Assembly: GCF_006345805.1 (NCBI RefSeq)
Contig: NC_042999.1
Location: 97,030,001 to 97,094,000 of the forward strand
Direction: 5' to 3'
Length of the DNA: 64,000 nucleotides
Source of the DNA: Octopus sinensis
Taxonomy: Eukaryota
Shown here: positions 54,159 to 64,000 of the stretch, one piece after another
Position numbering within the stretch: position 1 is the stretch's first letter
Layout of the letters: each line of letters opens with the position of its first letter
The notes under the pieces: model-generated
The model's input: only the letters and a program-made list of their open reading frames with translations
Database searches by the model: none
What the model was told of the DNA's origin: nothing
Position numbers and translations under genes: made by a program

Positions 54159-54425
54159 ATATATATATATATATATATATGATATTTGTAAACAAACCCG
54201 AAAGGCTTTGTAAGTTGTGGAGAGAAAGCTACTATGGACGGATCATGATATGATAATAACTGTATAATATATCATAATATTTTATTCTCCTATTTGAAGC
54301 GACAATTTTTAAATACAAACAAATGACTAAAAAATCGAACACGCATATCAACGCTAACATGGCTCCTTGCACATCTGATTGGGCCAAACGATCACCCATC
54401 AATTTCAGCCAAATTTATGCAGTTT

Positions 54426-54530
<105 letters not shown>

Positions 54531-54531
54531 G

Positions 54532-54750
54532 CAGGGTTGGCCAAAAGTTACCCGACAGTAAATGAAAATTCCATAAATACTATCTGTAATTCTGTATTGA
54601 CTCGAATGGGAAAATGTGTTACTCACGAAGGACTTCAGTTTGAACAATTTTCATGATATTTCATATTTAGATGTTTAGATGTTTGTTGAACATAAATAAA
54701 TCTTGGAATTAAATGGTTTTGATTTACTGTCCGGTGATTTTGGGCCAAAC

Positions 54751-54753
<3 letters not shown>
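54532..54753 (+). mobile_element. Tc1/mariner-type MITE
   Basis: TIRs CAGGGTTGGCCAAAAGTTACCCGACAGTA and TACTGTCCGGTGATTTTGGGCCAAACCTG. TA follows the right end; the left flank reads TG. Confidence 0.85.
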
Positions 54754-54805
<52 letters not shown>

Positions 54806-54819
54806 ATACATACACACAA

Positions 54820-55140
54820 AATATGGGGAGGGGGTTAGTTCACAGGTGATCTAAACGACTAGGTAGGCAAGGAAAGTGGTGTAATGGATTACCAGAGCTC
54901 CAAGGTTATAGCCGAGACGAGAGTTATGGAACCAGTGTAGATTTCTGATATAACGGATATATAATTGTTAAAAAGGACAACAAACGTTAAGGCAAGGCAA
55001 GCATCTCAAGTCATATACGTTATTGGAAAAATTCAGTCTTATACCTGTTTCTGGGATATCCCAAAGTATGGGATATTCCGTCATCGGAGACAGATGAATA
55101 AAATGAGAAGGGTACAGATTAGTGAAACGACGACATAGAA
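54820..55140 (-). mobile_element. Solo pseudo-LTR-like segment homologous to 44568-44930
   Basis: Shared GGTGATCTAAACGA.TAGGTA, AAGGCA.G...ATCTCAAGTCAT and TGTTTCT.GGATATCCCAA...CCGTCAT blocks; hammerhead-like motif at 55036-55091. Confidence 0.75.
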
Positions 55141-55182
55141 GACAGGAGAAAACTTGTATATATATATATGTATATATATATA

Positions 55183-55264
<82 letters not shown>

Positions 55265-55266
55265 TA

Positions 55267-55484
55267 CAGGTTTGGCCAAAAATCAAGACCATTTAATTCC
55301 AAGATTAAAACAAAAACTTATTTTATATGAGATTTCGCTAATAAAATGACAAATATTGAGCAAAACGGTGATTTTAACTCACAGCATTCAATTATTAAAC
55401 ATTCATAATTAGAATGAATAAATGAATAAAATTGAATATTTACGGAATTTTGATATACTGTCGGGTGACTTTTGGCCAACCCTG
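55267..55484 (-). mobile_element. Tc1/mariner-type MITE, related to 54532-54753 in opposite orientation
   Basis: TA|CAGGTTTGGCCAAAAATCA ... TACTGTCGGGTGACTTTTGGCCAACCCTG|TA. Confidence 0.85.
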
Positions 55485-55507
55485 TATAAATGCATATATA
55501 TATATAT

Positions 55508-55546
<39 letters not shown>

Positions 55547-55561
55547 ATATAAATGTGTATA

Positions 55562-55623
<62 letters not shown>

Positions 55624-55639
55624 TATTATATATATACAT

Positions 55640-55915
55640 ACATGCATATATGGGTACAGGATGTCACCAACGGTTCAAACAACATGAAATACGTAAACAA
55701 ACGAGTTAGATACGTAAACGAGAAAAAATGGAAAACAGGACAAATAAACAGAGAGAAAGGACCCTTCATCAGTTGTCGGCTGACTATCTACTCCTCATTT
55801 CGAGCATTCAACGATAATATGAATCTTCAAAGACAGTTGCTCTCATAAATTCTAAAATAAAATTTAGGATTTGTGGAGGGTCAAAGTGGAGGCATACAAG
55901 GAAATTATTACAAGT
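55640..55915. mobile_element. Interspersed repeat homologous to 36490-36720
   Basis: See 36490; lies between (TA)n and (GATA)n. Confidence 0.55.
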
Positions 55916-55920
55916 AAGTT

Positions 55921-56006
<86 letters not shown>

Positions 56007-56008
56007 AA

Positions 56009-56500
<492 letters not shown>

Positions 56501-56661
56501 ATATATATATATATATATATAGTTCAATTATCCGCGCTAAAGCACGGTTGCGACACCCCAAGGTCGTAACTTAAACCGTGTTTTTTCTGTTGTGATTTTT
56601 GCTACCCAGGTATCGGTTAAATTTTGAATAATCCTTAACAAGATAATTCATTTATCCATTT

Positions 56662-56702
<41 letters not shown>

Positions 56703-57684
56703 TATATATATATGCATATACAAATACAAATACATACATACTAACGTCAGCCATACCTTAGTCTTTCTCTTAATAACATCCTAATCAACTTGCCAATTGA
56801 GTCATACTAATACGCAAGGAAGGTTTCTCTAGTATTTTGTGTGTTTGACATACAACACAATAATACATAAAAGCAGTTTGAACTGGTGAATTGTCAATCG
56901 TCTGCTTTTTCAGAAATTAGCCTTCATGGAGCCAGCTACAGATTACAGTGAAAGAAAATTAATGAAAAAAATCGAATGAAAGTCCACTAAAATAATAATA
57001 GTGAGAACAAAAGACGGAGAAAAAGCTAAATAAAATAATTAATCTCCAGAGAATTCTATTTTATCTAAATCGAATTGAAATGATTAATAATTAAGAATTT
57101 CTCTTTTACGAATGCACCGATTTTTTTCTAATTGTTTTTACTTATAAATTGTTCTTTGGTTGGTTTCGTTCGTGGCAAATGGCTGTGAAGTTGGCTGAAA
57201 TAATAGAATGCCGAGGTAGGATTTAACATCATCATTATCGTCATTGTCTTCTTCTTTTCTTCTTCTTCGTCGTCGTTGTCGTCAGTATCATCGTTAAAGT
57301 TCGTCATCATCGTCATCGATATAGTGGGCGGGAATATTTCACAACATCCCAAGCAGTCACTGTGTATGTATGCCAATTCATGTAGGTCACTAGAATTTAT
57401 TTATACGCATTGATTTTGCGTATCTGTTACTTTATGTAGATATTTTTTAAGTGCTGTGCCAAGTAGGTCTCTTTTTGTATGTTATGCAGTTAAAGTAACA
57501 TTACTGTTAAATTTGTTGGTGGGGTGGGGGTAATGATGGTTATGGCATTTGTATTGCTGTTTCTGTTGTTGTTTATCCCAGGTAAGCCCTAATCAAGCAG
57601 ACCTATGAGCAAAAGCCTTCCAGTCATTCAGGACTAGTTTATTTCAGACCATATTATCTAATGCATCCTTCATTCTTAAGACAG

Positions 57685-58100
57685 TAGGCGTAGGAGTGGC
57701 TGTGTGGTAAGTAGCTTGCTTACCAACCACATGGTTCCGGGTTCAGTCCCACTGCGTGGCACTTTGGGCAAGTGTCTTCTACTATAGCCTCGGGCCGACC
57801 AAAGCCTTGTGAGTGGATTTGGTAAACGGAAACTGAAAGAAGCCTGTCGTGTATATGTAGATCTATATATATGTGTGTGTGTTTGTGTATCTGTGTTTGT
57901 CCCCCCACCCAAATCGCTTGGCAACCGATGATGGTGTGTTCATGTCTCCGTAACTTAGCAGTTCGACAAAAGAAACCGATAGAATAAGTACTAGGCTTAC
58001 AAAGAATAAGTCCCAGGGTCGATTTTCTCGACTAAAGGCGGTGCTCCAGCATGGTCGCAGTCAAATGACTGAAACAAGTAAAAGAGTAAAGAGTAAAGAG
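57685..58100 (+). mobile_element. SINE family B, full length
   Basis: Complete head, core, internal microsatellite and tail ending AAACAAGTAAAAGAGTAAAGAG. Confidence 0.95.
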
Positions 58101-58364
58101 AGTATGATTTGAGAAATATTTAGTTGCTACTTCTAACATAGATTAATCCCGCAGAAATCCCTTGTGACATCTCTTTACTTATCTGTGTGTGTTTGTACTT
58201 ACATCTCTTTTATTAACAACTAAACATATACAATAAAAGGAAAGAAAACCTATGTGTTTTCTATTGATATATATTTTCTACTTTAATTTATGGTTTAATA
58301 TTTTCTGAAACTTTTTTGCAATCTTCATTCTTGTATTTACTTTGTTTTTGGCTTTTTTTTTTCA

Positions 58365-58425
58365 GCAACCTTTTCCGTGACTCTCTCCAAAGTGAAGTGG
58401 GAGAGATAGTCATTGAAAAGGTTGC
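58365..58425. other. 61-nt near-perfect hairpin (pre-miRNA-like)
   Basis: GCAACCTTTTC-CGTGACT-CTCTCC / GGAGAG-AT-AGTCATT-GAAAAGGTTGC: about 23 pairs with an 11-nt loop. Confidence 0.5.
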
Positions 58426-59059
58426 GAATGGCGACAAAAGAACTTTGACGAGCAAAATGAAAACGATTGACTGTTTGGCCAACAAGTTAAGCAAACAATC
58501 AGTCAGTTAGTTGAATAGATATTTAACCAAATGACTAATAATAAAGGAATAGCATTGAACTAGTTATTAACATTGGCGTGCTATTAACATTGGCGTAATG
58601 ACTCTTCCAAAACACAACATAGTTTTCATGTGCTGGGACAAAATTTCCTATTAGTATGCATTAACAAAAATATCTTGAAGCTTGCCTTTATCTCACCACT
58701 AATGTATCCAAACATGACATAGAGTATTATTACTATTGTGCTTTGGACTCTGCCTCTATAGTATGTGTTTCTGCCGTCGGTTTCTGCTACTCAAAAATTT
58801 CAAATCCGTTCTTTTATTTCCATCTCAAAATTACAGGCTGTTACAATGATAGCAAAGTAGAGAATATAACATTTATAGCCGACGATCTGTGAAACAGGCG
58901 ACCATTGATGGCAGGGCGTCAAAGAACCATTTTGCGGTCATGATATGTATATTGGGCTTCGTATATTTGTACCTCAGTGTCACTTTGATGGCATGCGTTG
59001 CTTTCTCACTCAATAATAACAACAACAACAACAATAATACTAATAATTCTTTCTATTAT

Positions 59060-59200
59060 GATAACGGGGCCTGAAATTTCGGAGGAGTGAGTGAGTTGAT
59101 TATATCGATTACTCAACTGATAACTATTTTATCGATAGGAAAAGAATGAAAGGCAAAGTCGACTACAACGAAATTTTTACTCAGAACGTAATAATGGCTT
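59060..59200 (-). mobile_element. Degenerate SINE family A fragment
   Basis: GAATGAAAGGCAAAGTCGAC...ACTCAGAACGTA is the reverse complement of the family A core. Confidence 0.75.
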
Positions 59201-60129
59201 GTATTTAGATACGAGATGAATGTTATATAAATGATAAATACAAACAGAGGTAACAAGCATTACATGATTCAATAGACATTTAGGAATTGAAAGTATCCGT
59301 TTTGATGTGAGATGCCATGTTTATTGCGATATATAGTGATAGTTTTTACTTCTTTATAAAGCTATTGAAAATTTTGTGTATGTTTTTATTTATTTTTTTT
59401 TTATTTTTTTTTTAGCCGAGATAATTTTATGAAGAATGACTTCTGAAAAGGATTGCACGTGTGAATAAATCTTGTGAATGTTGTTGTATTACTCGCACGG
59501 AGAAATTTGGCATTATCGCAGTTGTTTGATAACTCTAGAGCCAACGGGTATGAGGGCAGAGAGCCAATATGAAAGTTATTGTAAAATTTGATTTGGTTTG
59601 ACTGTCTGGAAACTTTAAAACTCTGGCGAAAATTACTGTGTCAGAGTTACACATTTTTAAATTTAGACTAGTCTCATGTCTCGTTTTTGTAAATTTTGTA
59701 CTTTACTAAAGTAATGACCTCACGAAATAACACCGTAGTTTAAATGACAACTAATAAGAATCTAAGGATTGTTTAGTAACAAGTCTAGCTTTATAGGGGT
59801 TTTTCTGTAAATCTCGAGATATTTACAGCGCTCTATGATAGTATCCGATGTTGGAGGTACGGTAAAAGTTGGGGTTGTCTTCTGAGATCTAGTTTTAACA
59901 GCAATCTTTGTCTAATATTTGGTAACATGCACTGATCTGTTCCGTTAGTTCAATACCTTCAATCTCAAGTTTTAAACACGTTCTTTTAAACACGAAGGTG
60001 GTGCAGGTGGTGGTGGTGGTGGTGGTGGTGGTGGTTCTGCTGCTGTTACTGCTGCTGTCGCTGTCGCTGATCGTAGTAGTGGTGGTGGTGGTGGTGGTCA
60101 CCAACAAATTCTCAAATCTCATTTGAACA

Positions 60130-61620
60130 TACTCAAGAGCAAGAAAAATATTGTCAGTGATGTTGTGCTCACATTAAATCCCAGGGATTTTTGATGATAG
60201 ATGCTGCGGGAGACCAGAAGTGATGATAGATGCTGTCAAGGACCAGAAGCATCTTAATGATGAAGGAGAGATCCCCCTCAAGAATCTCCAGGACCAGGAG
60301 ATAAGTTTATCAATATGTACGACCTCTTTCTTGGAAGCAGTTTCCCAACCTCTTCGAAACGAACAGAAGAATGGGGAGTAGCTTCTTGACTAATTTCCCA
60401 GATCCGATGGCACCTTCAGTGTTCAACTATAAAGTCCTGGATAATATCTCATCCTCTAGTGCCTGCTCGCAACCAGAGTCAACACCTTCCACGAATATGC
60501 TGACAGGATATTCATGTTTTACCTGGAGAAGCTACTGGTTGCTACGAGGTTAGATGTTGTGCGTGTCACTTATATAGAAGGGAGTTTAAGAGAGTTTATA
60601 TAAGAAATGAGATGTAAGGGTGTATACAGGAAAGTACTGAGCAAGACTAAAATGCCAGTCGATTGGATGGACTCCCTCCTTGACTCAATGAATATGAGGA
60701 ACTTCCAAAGTACAAAAGAGCAACTAGCTTACAGCCAAAGGTATATGTGTAACATCAATAGAAGAAATGGCATCTTCATGCAAAACTACATTCGTGACGA
60801 GGCGGACACCAGATTTGTGTATTACGTAATGCATGCACTGAATAACAGAGAAAAGTCTAGACAAGTTCGCACCGTAGACACAAATGTAGACACATTCCGG
60901 GATTTGATTGCGAGTCAACATTTGGCTGACGTCTGTTTGGCTTTTGTAATAGGAAACAATAATCGATTTTACATCAGCGTCATACGCGCAAGCGTGTAAG
61001 AGTCACGATCATAAGAATTACTTATATTTCACATATTTTCAAATTGTGACACAACTATCTTTCAACAGCAAGCGAAGGAAATCGTTTTGGCAGAACTGTC
61101 AGGCATAAAAAGAAGTTGTAGAGACATTTTGTGAGGCTGCCAAGTCAACCATTTCAACAGTAAAATAGTAACAACAGCTCTGCTAAGAAGTTCGAGCGAC
61201 TGACTGTTATATTGTTATGACAAAACCAGCCTATTGATATCTATCAAAAAGGCACAAAAGAAACTCTTTTTATCAGAAGAATCGAATGATAGACAAATTA
61301 TCATACATCAGTGACTCGCTTCTCCAGCATTCCTGTTGCATTGGGTAGCAAGCATGTATTTAGACAATCAACATACAGACACAGTTAGTGGTTCCTGTTC
61401 CACAAGGGTTTGTCTAAACCAAAGTATGAAAGATGTGAGAATTCCCTTTGGTAGTAATTCCAATGGTTTTCCACAGTTGCCAAGGCGTGAAGCAAATCTG
61501 GGCGACTCGCTCCTTTGTAAGCGCAAATACAGCCCATAGAACAAGTAAACTGAATATTGGTGTAGGAACATCGCAAAACAATGCAGCGTACTTGGCTAAA
61601 AGGTCGATGTCAGTATAAAA
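60130..61620 (+). mobile_element. Decayed AcademX-like DNA transposon ORF (XPG/PIN-like domain and C-terminal Cys-rich region)
   Basis: SLREFI*EMRCKGVYRKVLSKTKMPVDW; DEADTRFVYYVMHA...VRTVDTNV; IFHIFSNCDT; late PQLP...LLCKRK..C. These match the EEADTR / VRTVDTDV / FHAFxGCD motifs of Academ proteins, from recall. Confidence 0.7.
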
Positions 61621-62689
61621 AAAACAATGTTTGAAAATAAATCTCTGTAAATTTTCAATGATTGTGGTTACTTTAATAAGTGATGTTAGCATTTATTTTG
61701 ACCTCGTATGATTCACAAGACAATAATATTTTCGCATAAATGTCGGGTTTCAATTACATGAATTTATTTATTATTTTTGTTTTGTTTTGTTTTGTTTTAT
61801 TTCTTCTTCATATTTTTAAACAATTTTTAAGTACATATTTTAATAACTCCCGATAGCTCTTAAGTTAACACTCATTAATAGGCTCTAAGGGAACCTCTAG
61901 GCAAATATAAAACTTTTATCGAGCCCGTAACGGAAATATCATTATGAAGCAGACTTCCTCTAGAAGTTCAGAAATATGTTATCTCCGTCTGTTATTTTCA
62001 GGTGGAATTCGAGCAGCGAAAGGCATCTCGATTCTACAAGACGTTTGATGTCGAAATCAATTTGTGCACCAGAGTCAAAATATTTTTTGTTTATTTTACT
62101 TGTTTTTTCCTCTCTTTTTTTTAGGAATTCGTTTTGTTTTTTTTCATTCTCTTTTACTCCTTCTTCTTTGTTAGATTCATCGGTTATCTAGTAAACAGAG
62201 AACAATTTTTATGTTCTATATTCCTAAACTACTTACAACAGTCTTTTATTACGTTGCTACTGTCTTCTATATTTCCGCTATGTATTTATTTATACAATTA
62301 TAGAATTTCCCTTCTATCTCCCAGTAGTTTGAATAACTGACGGTTTTTACTCGAAGTGTTTTCCACCCTATTGAATTGATCATCGTTCAATTCATTACAT
62401 TGTTACATTCAATCATTATTGCCAGAGTTTATCTGTTAATGCCCAGTGATACATTGTTAATAATTACCTCTATCATTAGTACCCTTATTATAGTGGAGAT
62501 TATCTAACGGAAAGCAGCTATCTCTTCCTCTCCCTACCAATCACTTTCTCCCTCATGTCAGCTCTTACACCAACCACACATTTGATAAAATCAAATATAA
62601 AGTCCAAAAATATATCTTTGTTTTTGTTTTTTGCATAGATGATTTTGTTTAATTTGCCTTACAATATTTTTCTCTATTTAAGTTGATGT

Positions 62690-63950
62690 CAATGCTTGTC
62701 AGCTGATCTTGACATTTATCAAAGGAGCTTCCACACTATTGCGTCTGATGACTTCGTACAACTCTCAATCTATCCCACCTTCCAAAGTGCAACCCATGCT
62801 TTTGCTTCCTTGCCAAAAGTATTTGCCCAAATTCGCAGAATTCTCTTTCCTTACACTTCCAACAACGATAGTTCTGTAAGCCGTACACTCGCAACTACAC
62901 AGCATACAATTTGCAAAACCCTCTAATTCTATCTCCCTTCACTCTTCCAGATTCACCACATCGCATACACTCACGCCAAATGCGAAAGTGCCTTCGGGCA
63001 CTTCAAAATATCAAGGCCAACGGTCCTGATAGTGTTCCTTCTATTATCCTAAAACATTGCGCCCTAGAGTTAGCTCCTATACGCAAACCCTTCGAACCTC
63101 CCCCGCTCTATAGAAATCTTTGGTCTTTGAAAACTCGCCCCCGTGTTCAAGAGAGATAACCTCTCTGGTCCTCTCTTTTGCACTCACTGTTAGTATTTAT
63201 AAAACAGTCATTAACAACGACATCTTTCAGCATCTAGAATCTTTTTCCCCTGTACGGTCTTCGTAGAATCGGATCCTCTGGGGATTTACTCACTTCTGGC
63301 ATCACTTTCCTTGGAGAAATTCAGCGAAAGCAATGCTCACGCCTTCGATTTCAGCAGAGATTTCCATCTGCATCAAAACTGGGTTTTGATGGCGGATTCG
63401 GGTTTCTTCTTCCCCCCTTTCCTTCTACACGTTAATGATTTACCATCATACACAATAAGATTCACTCGTCATTCATCCCTAACGTTCCGTAACCATGCAG
63501 CATCATCTTGCTACCTAAAAGCCACGCCAACTCACACTGACCCTATGAACAGAGACCGTAAAAGTATCATCGATTAGTCTTTTTCAGCTGTATGGAACCA
63601 CAAATGCTACTCATATCAAGAAAACTTCATTGCGTCATATACTCTATAATCATGAGCAGCACTCAGAGCTTACGAAATTAATTGAGTTTCGCTACCAGTG
63701 AGGAACTTTTCTGACCAAAGCACATCCTTAAAATAGCTAGGACCGTATTCCAACGACTGGCCCCTCCACTCAAGACCAGAAGTTATTTCAACTCCGAACA
63801 ATTATTAATACCCGGCGATGCTTAAATGAGGATTACAACGGAATATCGCTCTCACTTCGAAGACGGTGTCTGCACACAGACACGTTAGATCATCCCCCAG
63901 AAAAGAATCAGCTGATTCAATGGCATAAAGTTATTCACAGACATGCTCGA
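62690..63950 (+). mobile_element. Decayed CR1/L2-group LINE RT fragment
   Basis: CLRALQNIKANGPDSVPSIILKHCALELAP (pre-RT KAxGPD motif) and FLLHVNDLP (F..YINDL), with later EQLL-like remnants and many indels. Confidence 0.75.
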
Positions 63951-64000
63951 GTCTCTGGCTCACATCTTTCCCGTAGGTGTTGATGTGACAAAAAAAGCAA

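Noticed and set aside
56543-56580. Hairpin GTTGCGAC/GTCGTAAC with a CACG/CGTG extension
   Set aside because: Short, bulged and inside a TA-flanked repeat-like segment; within chance expectation.

Overview
Eukaryotic, AT-rich, extremely microsatellite-dense DNA. From recalled repeat families it looks most like an octopus (coleoid cephalopod) genome; this is an inference and no search was run. I found no supportable host protein-coding exon, and nearly all short ORFs in the track are translated microsatellites. The window is a mosaic of decayed mobile elements. R4/Dong-type non-LTR retrotransposons (restriction-like endonuclease, RLE) occur as at least 6 copies. One is full length (46104-49661) with an 8-bp target-site duplication and is nested in a Penelope-like element; a young 5'-truncated copy sits in (AAT)n. 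A second RLE family has three copies, all in (TATG)n/(TG)n tracts with the same polarity. Other elements are Tx1/L1-like, RTE and CR1-like LINE fragments, Penelope-like (GIY-YIG) remnants, an AcademX-like transposase remnant, Tc1/mariner MITEs, and about 20 tRNA-derived SINE copies of three families. The best leads are (i) several minimal hammerhead-ribozyme-like motifs in Penelope-type repeats, including a family with a non-canonical CUGUCGA core, (ii) the candidate (CATA)n-targeting retrotransposon family, and (iii) a 61-nt pre-miRNA-like hairpin. Boundaries of decayed elements are approximate.
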